64,000 nt of DNA. Source: the human T2T-CHM13v2.0 reference genome, Homo sapiens. Positions within the stretch are counted from its first letter, which is position 1, and the number at the start of each line of letters is the position of its first letter. Made by a program: the position numbers and the translations under genes. The notes below the pieces were generated by a model. That model was not told where the DNA came from and did not search any database. It worked only from the letters and a program-made list of their open reading frames with translations. Shown here in pieces: positions 15,277 to 29,220 of this stretch. The stretch lies in the NCBI RefSeq assembly GCF_009914755.1, contig NC_060928.1. One strand, given 5' to 3'.

Positions 15277-17383
15277 TAGCCTTATCTGACCTGAAGGTGT
15301 CAGTCACCTTGAGGGCCAATGACAACTCTAAGTCACTGAGGTCTCTGAGTTGAGAGAGACCTAGAACTGAGGCTTGCAGGGCTGCCCACTGGAACAGGCT
15401 GGGGGCAGTGGCCAGGGACAGTGGGGTCTCCGAAAGGTCTGACACCTGGAAGCAGTGGCTGCAAAGCCAGTAAGTCCCCAGCCTCTGGCATCAGAGGGAT
15501 GCTTGTGCTGAGAGTTGAGCTGTTAGAGCAGGGAGGAGGGAAGGGGAAGATACAGGGGGTGACCCGGTGTCCTCAAGTTGTCTCTTTAAAGGTGACAGAC
15601 AAGGCTGAAAGAGGGAAGAGCCAGGGGCCACCGCATGGCCGTGACTGAGTTGGTGTGCCAGCCCCGAGGGCTGTTGGCATCCCACGCCTACCTTTGCCCG
15701 GCCGCTCTGTCCTGCCGCTAGCTGCAGGTGGCCCTAGTCGTTGGCCCAGTGTCTGAGGCTGAGCTGAGACTGGAGGTGCTGAAGTGACTTTGCTGTGGAA
15801 TGTGATGAGGACAGCCTAGTCAGCCTGGAGCCCATGCGGCATGGAGGTGCGACTTGGAGCTCCTAAGAGGGGCTGGTGGCCTGGGTGGCAGGTGGGGCCC
15901 TCCCATGTCTGCACGCTTCTGCGGAGTGGCCAGGCAGGTGACATGTCAGGGCTCTCTGACCTGTGCAGATGGGAAATGCACGCGTGGGCTCGGCTTGGAG
16001 CCCTCCCGCGCTGCCACCTGTGGCCTGTGGTTGGTGTGTTTCTTACCTTGCTCTGCCCCTGGGGCCAGTGGTTCCCTCCTGTCCTTTAGGACATAGTCCA
16101 GTCCCCTGTCCCATGGATTCCATTGCCTCCTGGCCCTGCAGGGGCCACCAGTGTGCCCAGCTGCTCCTTGAGAGCTCTGCCCGCAGAATGCCCTTCCCTG
16201 GTGGGACCCCTCCCTTACACCCAGCTCCCTGGGGAACTGAGCCTTCCTGGCTTTTTGAGACTTCTTCATTTGGAGAAAAAGGAGCTGGTGCTGGGCCTCC
16301 CTTTGGAGACGACGCCTGGCCCCAAACCACCGGGAGAAGCCCAGCTTGGGGCCGGGATGAGCTGTCCTCTGCCTCGTCCTTCACAGACCAGATGGGGGTG
16401 AGGAAAGGACAGCAGTGGGGCCACCGAGGGACAGCAGAGCCGCAGGGCTTTGCGGCATCGCCCGGGACAGGAGATGCTCCGGAGCCTGCAGGGCTGGCAG
16501 CCTCGGGCACGACGCCGGGCGCAAAGGCCTGCGTTCACTGCACATCACGGGGGCAGGGTCAGCCTGAGCTGTGGCACGTCTCCAACGTGCTTGTTCCAGA
16601 AAGAAGAGCAGAAGCCCAGCGTCCGGCTTCGCTCTGCCTCTCATCACAACATCGGGAAGCGGCTAGGACCCCCTTCTGCTGTGCGCTGCATCGTGGGATG
16701 GTGGGGGGCGCGTGGCGACGGGTGTATGCTCCCAGCCACATTACCTGGTGTGGAAGTGGCTCAGCATTCACTGGTCTTGTGCCCTTGGCAGGGGCTCACC
16801 CTCAGGTTTACTTTCCTTATCTGAAAACCGTAGGCGGTAACAACACTCCTCCTCCGTGGGAAGCGCACGGGGTGAGTGGGATGGTGGGCGTAGACGTGCT
16901 TATCTGCTGTTGTTTTAAATTTTATTGGTAAAACCTGCAAAAGGAGGGCTGGCAGGTCAGGAAACAAGCTGAGAGGACCACAACTGATGGAAAGAGTTGA
17001 GCCCGGCCCTGGGGGTCACTGAAGGCTTCCTGGACCCGGCGACCTGGTCTTGGATAAACCTTCCCTGTGGGAGGGAAGCTAACAGCATCCAGCGCTGGGG
17101 AAAGCTGCCGTGACCGAGCACACGCTGTGGCCGCACCTGCCTCCTCACTGCCCTACCAGGTGGACCCCAGCCCCTAGCCTGGGCACGAGGAGCAAAGGGC
17201 ACCTCCAGCAGGGTGGGCGCTGCCAGGCCTCCAATGTCTGGCTGGGTGCTGGGAAGCTCCTGACAGGTGCGAGGCAGGAGCCAGGGACAGCTGTAGACCC
17301 CACGAGGCACACTAAGGAGTCCAGCTGATGCCGATGGGTTTGTGCTCCAGACTTCCAGATTTTTGAAGGATTTTGGAGGCTGA

Positions 17384-17730
<347 letters not shown>

Positions 17731-19898
17731 GTAAGTAAGATATTTTAAAAACATCTCTGCAAGTGAGAAGTCTGCAGGCCTCTTCCTGCTAGTCTCACTG
17801 GCTTGAGACCAGGGCCAATGCCAGGGGGGCCCCACTGACTCACCTTGTGACCTTGGGTAAGCAAGCCGGCACCACAGAGCCTCTGGGACGAGGGGGACAC
17901 CCAGCCTCACGTGCCTGGGAACCTGGTGCAGCAGCCATCGGAGCCTCCTGGAAACTGGCCTCTTGAGTCGGCTGTGTATGCAGCAGCCCCTCCGCAGCCT
18001 TGGACAGAAGCTGGTGTCGAGGGCTGGAGAAGCTGCACAGGCCAAGGCCGGCTCTGCCCCTGCCGCCCGCCTGCGCGGTGGAAGCACAGACGTGAGGCGT
18101 TGGGATGGAAATTCCCACCTTCCAGGCACCCCAGGATGTTCACCCAGGGTTTCCACCCAACATGACCCTTTCCTTCCTAAAGGGCGGGCGTTAGGGACTG
18201 TTGTTCCGTTAGGTAGACACGGCCTGTAGTTATCTGTTTCAGAGGCCATTGCGGTTCCTGGGGCTCCCTGGCCCCAAGGTTGTCGGGGAAGAGCATGAGT
18301 TCCTGGTGGCGTCTGCCCCGGCTGCTCCATGAGAGGGGACTTCGCGCTCGCTGTGTGGGGCCCACTCTGGCCCTGAAGGCTTTTCTTACCCATGTGAGGT
18401 GTGTGGGGCTGCACGTGTCTCCTCTTCTGGCAATGACAGACCCGAGGCTCAGAGATGGGCAGTGACCAGCCTGGGTCACACAGAGTGGCAGTAGCTGCCG
18501 GCAATGGTTGTGACTTGGTGTTGTGTTTTGTTTTAGGCCAAATGCTTCCTGGGGAAATAAAATGAACAGATTTGCTACAAACAGTGGTGTTTTTAAAAGA
18601 AGCAGTCATTGTCCCCAAAGACCAGAATCAACATTTAGCTCTAATATTTTTACTTTATGATTCTCAAAGAGGCCCACAGTTGAGTTTTGGCACTGCCTTC
18701 TGTAGTCAGAGTCCTGGAGATTCCTGGGCCCCAGGTGGCGGGGGGAAGGGTCCAGCACCTCGGCTCCAGGCATGTGTGCCAGAGGAAGCCCCAGCTGTGG
18801 GATCCCATCCGTTCCTGGAGCCCAGAACACTTCTCTCCCAGACGCCAGCTCATAGTCATCAGCCTGGATGGGGTGGCGGTCCCTCTGGTTTCAGCTGGGC
18901 CTCTGGCAGTGCTGCAGGCAGCGCTGCAGTGCTGGTTCCACACCCAGGCGGGCAGAGGCAGGTGGGGGCTGGGTGGCTGAGAGGCGGTGGCCAGGGAATG
19001 AGTGCGCACTTTGGGCAGTTACTTTCTGAAGTGGCTTTAGCGGTTGACTTTGAGGAAGAGGCCTCTCGGCAGAAGGAAAAGATTGAGGGAGTTATACAGT
19101 TTCCTCCCATTAAACCTTGTATTTATGGGTTACCCTCTTGTAGGAATGATGAATGCTTTCAGCCAGTGGCAGACTCCCAGCCAGCTGCTTAACCGTGGAA
19201 GGTGCTAAAAATGAAGGCCTGCTCCCTTGAAGAGCCACAGGCCCATCTTCTGCAGTCACTGCCTAGGAAAGGGCCACGCCAGCCCCCCCGGCGCATGAAG
19301 GCCAGGATGGGTGTGCGGCCAGGACAAGCGTCACAGAGGTGTCCTGGCCCTTGCTTTTCCAGCGGGCGGCAACATGGTAGAACTGGGTCCCCTCCTGCAG
19401 TGCCGTGGACTTGGCCTGGTCTCACACCCTGGCACAAGCCCGTTTTCTAGTCTGAATGAGGCGAGTTCAGGCATTCCTTGGCCTGCCCTGCTGTCTCCTG
19501 GGACATTCAGACAGCCCCTGAGTGCAGGGTTTATGGCAGTACCAGGTGGGCTCCTCTGGTCGCAGGTGGGGAATGAGAACAAAGTCCAAACCTCAGCCAG
19601 GGGTTCTGGCCTCAGCTCTGCCACCAGCTCACCCCAAGACCTTGTGCCAGCTTGTGCCTCTCTGGGTCTTCACTTTCTCATGTACAGAATCAGCATGTGT
19701 TGTTGCTTCAACATTGTCATCTCTCCCCTGAGCCCAGCTCATAAGACAGTGTGTGACTGAATGCCTTTGGGGAGGGTGGGTAACGGTGCTGTAGGAAGTA
19801 CTCTAGGTCAGCCTTTGTAAAAACGTGAAGAGAATCTGTGCGGAACCCAAATCTGGCACCCTGATGGTGGAACTAACTTCTGCCCTTTGTCATCGTAG

Positions 19899-20891
19899 GA
19901 AGATATGGCTGCCCACGTTGGTGCTTCCCGGACTCCCCAAGAGGTGATGGAGCATTACGTGAGCATGTACATCCACGGGAACCTGGGGAAGGCCTGCATC
20001 CCCGACACCATCCCCAACCGCGTGACAGACCACACCTGTCCCAGCGGAGGCCCCCTCTCACCCAGCCTCACCACCCCGCTGCCCCCGCTGGACATCTCTG
20101 TGGCTGAGCAGCAGCAGCTGGGCTACATGCCGCTGCGGGATGATTACGAGATCGAGTATGACCAGGATGCCGAGACGCTCATCAGCGGGCTCTCTGTCAA
20201 CTATGATGACGACGACGTGGAGATCGAGCTGAAGCGCGCCCACGTGGACATGTACGTGCGGAAGCTGAAAGAGAGACAGCGGCGGAAGAACATCGCCCGT
20301 GACTACAATCTGGTGCCAGCCTTCCTGGGGAAGGACAAGAAGGAGAAGGAAAAGGCGCTGAAGCGCAAGATCACCAAGGAGGAGAAGGAGCTGCGCCTGA
20401 AGCTGAGGCCGCTGTACCAGTTCATGTCATGCAAGGAGTTTGATGACCTTTTTGAAAACATGCACAAAGAAAAAATGCTCCGGGCCAAGATCCGAGAACT
20501 GCAGCGGTACCGGCGAAACGGGATCACCAAGATGGAAGAGTCGGCAGAGTACGAGGCAGCGCGGCATAAACGGGAGAAGAGGAAGGAGAACAAAAACCTA
20601 GCCGGCTCCAAACGGGGAAAGGAGGACGGCAAAGACAGCGAGTTCGCCGCCATTGAGAACCTTCCAGGCTTCGAGCTCCTGTCAGATCGCGAGAAGGTGC
20701 TCTGCAGCTCTTTAAACTTGAGTCCAGCCCGCTACGTGACTGTGAAGACTATTATAATTAAAGACCACCTCCAGAAGCGGCAAGGAATCCCCTCCAAAAG
20801 CCGCCTTCCTAGCTACCTGGACAAAGTCCTAAAGAAAAGGATTTTGAATTTCCTCACAGAAAGCGGCTGGATCTCCAGGGACGCGTCTTGA
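19899..20891 (+). CDS. TADA2B: TADA2B coding exon 2 (aa 91-420; rest of SANT, ADA boxes, C-terminal SWIRM)
   Basis: Branch point CTAAC 19873-19877, pyrimidine tract, TAG|GAAGATATG; 270+993 nt = 420 aa plus stop; LGYMPLRDDYEIEYDQDAE ADA2 motif. Confidence 0.96.
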   Translation, partial: EDMAAHVGASRTPQEVMEHYVSMYIHGNLGKACIPDTIPNRVTDHTCPSGGPLSPSLTTPLPPLDISVAEQQQLGYMPLRDDYEIEYDQDAETLISGLSVNYDDDDVEIELKRAHVDMYVRKLKERQRRKNIARDYNLVPAFLGKDKKEKEKALKRKITKEEKELRLKLRPLYQFMSCKEFDDLFENMHKEKMLRAKIRELQRYRRNGITKMEESAEYEAARHKREKRKENKNLAGSKRGKEDGKDSEFAAIENLPGFELLSDREKVLCSSLNLSPARYVTVKTIIIKDHLQKRQGIPSKSRLPSYLDKVLKKRILNFLTESGWISRDAS

Positions 20892-22450
20892 AGCTGAGAC
20901 GCTTTGAAAGCCAGGGTGATGCTCAGACAGTGTGCCAGCCAAAATGACTTGGGGGAGGGGAGCCGCTTCCCCACTGTTGCTCTTTTTTAAACAAATTGAG
21001 TTCCTTTTTTTAAGATAGAAATTCTTTTCATGGTCCTCTGAAAGAAGCAATAGTAACAATCTTATATTGGATCATGGGGGAAGCAAATGTGTGTATTTTA
21101 AGTGAGTTCCTGCGAGTCATACACTGCGATGATGCTCCGCCTTTACCCGTTCAGTTGGGAGCTTATTGTGAGATTGGATCATTTCCTTTTGAGTGTTCTT
21201 CTCTTTGGTACAAAACCTATTGTGGGTGACAGGAGCAGTGTTTTCCTGCTGGACCCGCAAGCCACCAGCTATTTCCTGGTGACACAAGCTCTTCTCAGGC
21301 GGGGCTGCCTGCAGGCTCCCGTTTTCTGAGCCCACGCTGCCCACAGCTGACCCCAGCGCAGCCCCGGGCACGCGGCACTTTACATGGGGGCAGCTTGGGC
21401 CCAGACTCCTCCGCTGTGTAGCAGATGAGGAAAATCAGGCCAGAGGACAACAGGCTGGCGTTTTGTTGGGAACTGAAGAGGAATCTGTTGAACACAGCGA
21501 CCAGATGACCTTCCATTTCACCGGCGGCAGCAGTTTCAGCGTGCAGTTCCCAAACCCCAAAGCTGACCCTGCGCCCCATTTGAATACGGCCAGAGCCTGC
21601 TGGTTCACTTTGGGTAGAGCCGTGCCTCTTGGGCAGGCTCCCATAGTGACCACGTCCCCACGAATGGGAAAGCACGTTAGTGGGAGGGACGTAGGACACG
21701 TGTGGACCGCCAGGCCCTCTCAGTCCATTTTCCGGGGCTGCTCGGTGCTGCTGTTAAGACGTGAGTGCATTTCACTTGGAAGAACCCATTGTACAAAGTT
21801 CAAGGCTAAGAGTTCTGAATTCTGGCGTCAGCTTCCTCAGGATTTTCTTCAGTTGCAAGTACCTTTCCACTGAAAATATGAGCATGCCCGCCTGGCTAGT
21901 AGGCATCTGTAAGAGTGTCGCCAGGCCCGCGCCAGCTGAGGCCTCAGACTAGCCAGGCAAGAGCCGTCTGACCAGTTGGCTGGCGGTGGTTCTGGTGGAG
22001 CACGAGGGAGCCCGGGTGGTGCCCTGAGCCTCGAGCTGCTCTCTGTCACTGTCTTGAATCAGACTCAGAAATGGCTTCTTCCCAGCCCTGCCTACAAGTT
22101 TTTCTCTGGGGTCCTCTTTCAAGGATGTCCACGGTACCTTCCTCCTGAAACTTGAGGAAGTCTTTTGTCTTCCAGCTGCTCAGGGTTCTCTGGTCCAAGA
22201 CCCTGCTTTAAAGAGAGTCTTTGGCGTGCTCAGACTCCAGCGCTCCGTTCTTCAAGGAGGTTGACTTGCCTCTCGGGCCCCGTAGGTACCAAGAGACTGT
22301 TTACCTCCCAGAATGTTTGGGCTTGAAGTTACATTAAAGTGAAGTTATTTGAAAGAAAGAAAACCTCATCATTTCTAAGGATGACTTAATTACTGTGCCT
22401 TTTCCTTTCTTTTTACACATCCTACTGTCCCTTAGGGTAAAATTTTCAGC

Positions 22451-22618
22451 ATTAAATAAAACATTTCAAATATATTGTATATGGCTTTAGTTGTAAACTA
22501 TACTGCATGCTGACAGAGAAGCGCTCTTTTAGCTAAGCCCAGAACTTCTCTTTTGACAATAAAGTACTGAGCAGTGGTATCATGAGGGCCACCTCCACAT
22601 TGTCCCCTGCAGAATAAA
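22451..22618 (+). terminator. Proximal cluster of TADA2B polyadenylation signals
   Basis: ATTAAA/AATAAA 22451-22460, AATAAA 22558-22563, AATAAA 22613-22618. Confidence 0.55.
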
Positions 22619-22699
22619 TGCGGATGACAGAAAGCTTATGCTGTCTACCACTGAACAGTGATGGAGATGGTGCTAAGTTTTTACAGTTGTCTTAGCCCC

Positions 22700-22868
22700 A
22701 GTGGTTCTCAAGGTGGGGCTCCTGGCCCAGCAGCAGCAACTTGTTTGTTAGAATGCAGACGCGCAGGCCCCACCTGGCCTCCTGAATCAAAATGGTGTGC
22801 GGCAGGGTGCAGCGAGCTGTTTTCACGAGGCCTCCAGGTGACTGGATGTAAGCTTGCTTGAGAACTAT
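22700..22868. mobile_element. MER5A-type element in the TADA2B 3' region
   Basis: gtggttctcaa...tgttagaatgcaga...caggccccacc...ctgaatca...ttgagaac termini. Confidence 0.75.
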
Positions 22869-23343
22869 GGGTTTTAGCTATTCTGGTGTCTCCCTGATTT
22901 TCTACAGCGCCAGGATCCTAGTTTGGTGAGGTTTTAAATTTAATCTTATTTTTATATAAAATGATTGCCAGACGTACTATATTAAGCTTGAAGAAGCAGA
23001 AGATCCCTGTTAATGTGTATGGCCCAGGCCAAGAGCTGTCAAATGAAAAACTTTGTGCTGAAGCAGGTTTTTAGTATGTATATCTTTTTGATGGTATGAA
23101 GAATTTATTTAGGCTTGACTGTTTTAAAACACCATAATGAATGTATAATTAATTTATGTTAAAGTATTAACCCTTTGTCACAAAGGAATGGTAATGTGAT
23201 TGGCTGCCTGTTAGCCCATCGACTATTCCCGTCACGGTAGTCCTTACCTCTGTCGGCAGCTCAGAGCCTCCACATTTTTATATTTAATTCTCATGATAAA
23301 TTAGCCACCATAATCCCATGGAATTAGGTCTTGTTAAAATCTA

Positions 23344-23655
<312 letters not shown>

Positions 23656-23770
23656 TCAAAAAAAGTTGGATAACTCATCTATATTTGAAATAATGCTGTC
23701 TGAATGGCCAACATCCCAAGAATGTATTAAAAACAGCAACCTGCCTACCGTTTTGATGACCTTTTTCCAT

Positions 23771-23776
23771 ATTAAA
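23771..23776 (+). terminator. Distal TADA2B polyadenylation signal candidate ATTAAA
   Basis: ATTAAA followed by GT/T-rich downstream sequence; a second ATTAAA at 23726. Confidence 0.5.
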
Positions 23777-23964
23777 CAAGTTGAGAACAAAAGAGTGTCA
23801 CCGCTTGCTTCTTACCTCTGGTTCTGAAATCAGATGTCTTCTTGGAGCCACACAGAGCTAGGGGTGAGCCACAGTTCAAACACAGATACAGATTGTCACA
23901 TGACGTACTTTTGGTACTTTGTATCAACCCAGTTTTTCCTCCAGAAGATTAAAGTTGCTTTGTC

Positions 23965-24272
23965 TTTTTTTTTTTTTTTTTTTTGGGGAAGAGTCTTGTG
24001 CTTGTTGCTCAGGCTGGAGTTCAATGGCACAATCTTGGCTCACTGCAACCTCCGCCCCCCCGGATTCAAGCGATTCTCCTGCCTCAGCCTCCCAAGTAGC
24101 TGGGATTAACATGCACCCACCACCGCACCCAGCTAATTTTTTTGTATTTTTAGTAGAGACGGGGTTTCACCATGTTGGCCAGGCTGGTTTTGAACTCCTG
24201 ACCTCAGGTGATTCACCTGCCTCAGCCTCCCAAAGTGCTGGGATTACAGGTGTGAGCCACTGCACCCGACCT
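23965..24272 (-). mobile_element. AluS
   Basis: Reverse Alu; TSD taaagttgcttt. Confidence 0.9.
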
Positions 24273-24551
24273 AAAGTTGCTTTCTCTTAAGCAGAGACCC
24301 TTTCGTGCCAGGTGCTCTCCTCCCTCAAAGCAGCAGTACAGCCAGAGAAAGCCAAATGGGTCTGAGTCTTTCAGGAAGCCAGGCCGACTTTCAGATGCCT
24401 CTGAGACTTCCAGTTCTGGTTTTCACTGTTCACACGTGACACTTCACTCATGCTGCAGTTATGCTAAATCCAGTAACTACTAGAAGGTAGCTAAACAAAT
24501 CTTTAATTCCTACTGTAAATATGCACATAATTAAAAGACATTTTCCTATTA

Positions 24552-25070
24552 CAGGTTGAGTATCCCCAAATCTGAAAGGCTGCAAAATCTGAAACTTTCT
24601 GAGTGCCTACATGGTGCTCAAAGGAGATGCTCATTTAGAGCATTTTGGATTTTGGGATTGGGGATACTTAACCAGCAAATACAATGCAAATAGTCAAGCA
24701 GAGAATCTCTTTTCAGTCAATGAGGGGCCACATATTAGAACACAGTTTGCACTGTACCTTTACTATGTTATGTTCAGATACACAGATACCATTGTGTTAA
24801 CAGTTGCCTACAGTATCAGTACAGTAACGTGCCCTCCAGTCTAGAGCAACAGGCTACATACACCATATAGCCTAGGTGTGGAGGAGGCTCCACCACCTGT
24901 TTTTTAGGTCCATGTAGGTACACATGGTGTTCACAGGAAAAACTGCCTGACAGCGCATTTCTCAGAACACATCCCTGTGGTTAAGCCATGCTTGACTATA
25001 TTCCAAAATCCGAAAACCCCCCAAGTTTGAAACAATTCTGGTTCTAACCATTTCAGATGATAACCAACTT
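24552..25070. mobile_element. Tigger4 (ZOMBI)-type element interrupted by Tigger3
   Basis: caggttgagtatcc...ctcaaaggagatgctcatt...atgcaaata, resuming at tattccaaaatccgaaa...ttctgg. Confidence 0.75.
24691..24998. mobile_element. Tigger3 (GOLEM)-type non-autonomous element
   Basis: ccattgtgttaacagttgcctacagtatcagtacagtaac...ccatatagcctaggtgtg...gcatttctcagaac; inverted termini tagtcaagca/tgcttgacta. Confidence 0.8.
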
Positions 25071-25914
25071 ATAGTGACTATGGATGACTGAAGCTTACTG
25101 TAAAAAAATATTTTGCTACTTAAGCTATATTGCCTCTAGGTTACGAGTTAAGTGCTTTTTAGCAACTGCAGCTGTAGTTGAGACGGTAGGAGACTGCAAA
25201 CATTCACAGAAATGAGTTGATAAATTACTTTTCTTAGCCTCCATTTAACTCGGGAGCTCCAGGGGTGATGATGCACTCACAACCCCACAGCGTGAAAACA
25301 GGCAGCGCTGGAGCTCCCAGTCATGTTTTCTCCAATACACGATGCTGCCTTTAGTTGTTTCTGACCAAATTAACTTAAGGCATCTTAAAGGTGGAACATG
25401 TTTGGGAATGGTATCCCAAGATGAAGTATTATGGGACCATTACTTGCGTCTTTTAAAATTAGAAGTGAAATAAACTGCCCCATCTTTCCTATGCAGCAAA
25501 TGGCTTTCACAAGTATCTTCCATTCTAGAAGCAAAGGCAGCGAAAGGTTCTTTTCTCTTTTTTGTAACAGACGCCAATCATTCAGCCTTTTTCTAAGCCC
25601 TGGATGACCGTGTAAATGAGGAACAGCCCTTTGGCAAGATGATTTTGCAAATCCTGTGCCCTTGCTGTGGCTCCTGGGTGTTTCGTATTCTTACCGGACG
25701 GGCTGCAGCTGCACTGGGGGAGTGTGGCTCTCCCTTTCTGTGTAGAAGCCTGTATATGTGTGTACGTGAATGTGCACGCACGCACGTGTCAAGCTGACAG
25801 CTTCTGGGCTGGAGTAGAGAATGGGAAGGCTAAGCCATGCTTGCCTCAGCGGCAAGGATCTCCATGAGAGGACACAAAATTGTTTTCAGAAAGTAGGAAA
25901 ATAAACATTAGGGC

Positions 25915-26385
25915 TTTAATCCTCTTAAATAAAAATTTTAAATTAAACATTAACATTTAAAGTACACCAAGCGTGCAGTCCTATTTTGAGAAAGTCCATT
26001 TTGCCAGGGAATACAACTTGAGGTCATTAGTAACTAGTTGAATATGATTTAAATATGTCTGCATTTAGATGAACAGAACAGGGTAAAAGGAACTTTGCCA
26101 AGCCAAGCTCAATTCCTGGCCAAATAATGGGGGAGAACTGTCAGTGCCCACACCCATTTCTCAGTGGTCAGTTTCAGCCGCTGTTGACTGAAGACAAACG
26201 AACTCACTATGTTCTTCACAAAGATCATTTTTTTTAAGTAAGAAAAATGTTTCAACTCTCTTGCCTTTCCTTCAGCGAATGAAATGTGACGGGCTAAATA
26301 CGCCAGTCACTCATGCGCCGCAGGGACACATGGTGCAGACTGGCGTGCCCAGGTAGCCAAACAGAATTCCCCAAGACCTTTTATT
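25915..26385 (-). terminator. GRPEL1 polyadenylation signal candidates
   Basis: AATAAA at 26380-26385 and ATTAAA at 25915-25920 on the minus strand. Confidence 0.5.
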
Positions 26386-26701
26386 TGTTTAAAATACTTT
26401 GGTGTCAGCAGAGTCTGAGCAGACACGTTACTCATGATGCTCGGGAGACCAGGCAGGGCCCTGCTGAGCTCTTCTGAAAGTATGTGGAACTATTCAACGC
26501 GTGGCACTAAAAGGGAACAGACTCCCGAATTAGAGTTCATTAATGCAGTTGGGCAACCGGCTTTTCTGTTTAGCCACTGGTTACTTAAGGTTTCCAATAA
26601 GGTTTGGGAAAAGGTCACACGTACTCATAGATGAGAAACAATGAACCAGCCTTGAGAGTTACATCAAGTGAGTTTAAAAACACCCACCCCATCAACAGCA
26701 G

Positions 26702-27048
26702 CTAAGCTTCCTTCACCACCCCCACCAGGGCGGGTCTCAGAGTGCGCCCATGCAGCTTGTACCCCACTTTGCTAACTAGGGCCACTGTGCCTGGCTCCTT
26801 CCCCTCAACCGGTGTGTGGAACAAGGCCTCATGTTCATAAGGGTCGAACTTGGCTCCGACAGGGTTCAACTTGAGCAAGCCATGCTTTGTGAACACCTTC
26901 TGGATCTGGACTTCAGTCATGACCAGCCCCTCATAGAGGTTCTTCAGGTGAGGGTTATCGTCTTTAATTTCTTCTTTTGGAACACACTGTGTTGCCTTCT
27001 CCAGAACGTCTGCCACCTCCAACAAGTCCTTGCAGAAGGCTTGAATGC
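26702..27048 (-). CDS. GRPEL1: GrpE protein homolog 1, mitochondrial, coding exon 4
   Basis: CAG|GCATTCAA acceptor; IQAFCKDLLEVAD...FDPYEHEAL...GYKLHGRTLRPALVGV GrpE signature; TAG stop at 26702. Confidence 0.96.
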
Positions 27049-28225
27049 CTGGATGAAGTTAAAGAAGATCATTTGCACTCCATACCAACCGCACAGGGCA
27101 ATTCCAAACTGAGCACTGCTGACCTGATGTGGAGGCTATTTAGTAACTTGTCAAATCAATCGCCTCAGAATTCCAATGGCTCAATAACTTTAAAAAACAA
27201 CACAAAACTCTCAAAAGCTACTTGTGGGATGAGACCCAGAATTTACTAAATTTAGAATTCACTAAAATGTGAAGAAAGGAGTGCAGTAGAGGGGAAAATA
27301 CCCTTGAGACATCCAAGCCCAGATGTCAAGCAAGCAGTAAGATTTAGGGGACTGGAACTCGGAAGATCCGAGTTTGAAGCTGAGACTTGTGTGTGGATGC
27401 CACTAAGCCCGTAAGAGTATGTAAGTCACCCAGGGAGCACAGCAAGGGGAGAGAAGAGGTCTGGTACTGAGTCCCAAGAGCCCAGGCATTTACAGGTCGG
27501 AAAGGGTAAGAACCAACAAAGCACATTACCACAAAGAGAGGCGGAATACCAAGAAACAGGCCACAGTATCCAGGAAAAAAAGTGTTTCAATGAGCGCCTC
27601 AGTCTCTGTGAATGCGACAGAGACTCTAGCTCTTAGTTTCCATGTGGCCTCTCACCGTCTGACCCAGGCAAGGCCATTTACCCTCCCTCGAGCCTTAGGT
27701 TCCACATCTCTAATACCCACTGTCAGTCACGCAGAGATCCAGAGCCAGCACTCAAACAACCAGCCTGTGGAGCTGGGAGCCTGGGGTTACGTACCAGCTT
27801 TGTGATGTGTGGCAGGTGACTAAACCTCAATGATCTCAACTGTAAAATGGGAAGGACAGTAACAAAAACATCCAAAGGTGGCAATGCATATAGCATGCTG
27901 GGAGTTCTGAAGTGATGCCAGTGTTACTTCCGGAGGGCTAAGGGGATGGGCATCAGAGGCTGACCTGCTGCAGGTTCCCACCAAGGTCTCTGCGTGGGGG
28001 AGGACACACCTATTTACAATTCTTCATGCTAGTCTCAGCTACTTGATTTCTGCTCCTCCAGACACCTTTGCTGTTGAGCCATCATAAAAAAAAATGCAGG
28101 GGATGCAACAGCTGGACCCCCCCACCCCACAGCCTTGCTCTCTGACACTTCCGTATGCATGGCCTTCCCCTTCCCCACCCCATTATCTTCTTTCCGGAAT
28201 CAACACCATGTTATGTTGAAAGTAC

Positions 28226-28646
<421 letters not shown>

Positions 28647-28931
28647 GGGAGATTTATATTAATATGGAACAAAGTCATAGGAAAGCGAGCTTGATTGGAA
28701 AACGGCTGTGTAACTAACTACAAGTCAAAACAGAAGTAATATCACTGCCTTTGAGATGTGACTAAGGAGGGCAGCTTAATGAAAGCTTAATAAAAGCTGC
28801 ACTCATGATCTTTTGCTATGCTGTGTTACCCAGAGGTGGCTCAGTTCAAACATTCCTTGTGTAATCATCATCTGAGTTCTAGTATATTCCTCATGTCTCA
28901 CCACCTTCCGGTAAGCTCACTCATCTGAGCC

Positions 28932-29220
28932 TTTTTTTTTTTTTTCTGAGACAGGGTCTTGCTCTATCATCCAGGTTGAAGTGGTGTAATCTCGGCTCAC
29001 TGCAGCCTCAACCTCCTGGGCTCAAGCAATTCTCCCACCTCAGCCTCCTGGGTTGCTGGGACTACAGGAGTGCACCACCACGCCCAGCTAATTTTTAATT
29101 TTTTTTAGAGATGGAGTCTCACTATGTTGCCCAGGCTGGTCTTGAACACCTGGGCTCAAGCAATCCTCTTGCCTCAACCTTCCAAAGTGCTATCAGAGGG
29201 GTAAGCCACTGCGCCCAGCT
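28932..29220 (-). mobile_element. AluJ
   Basis: Reverse Alu with ctcctgggctcaagcaat. Confidence 0.85.
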
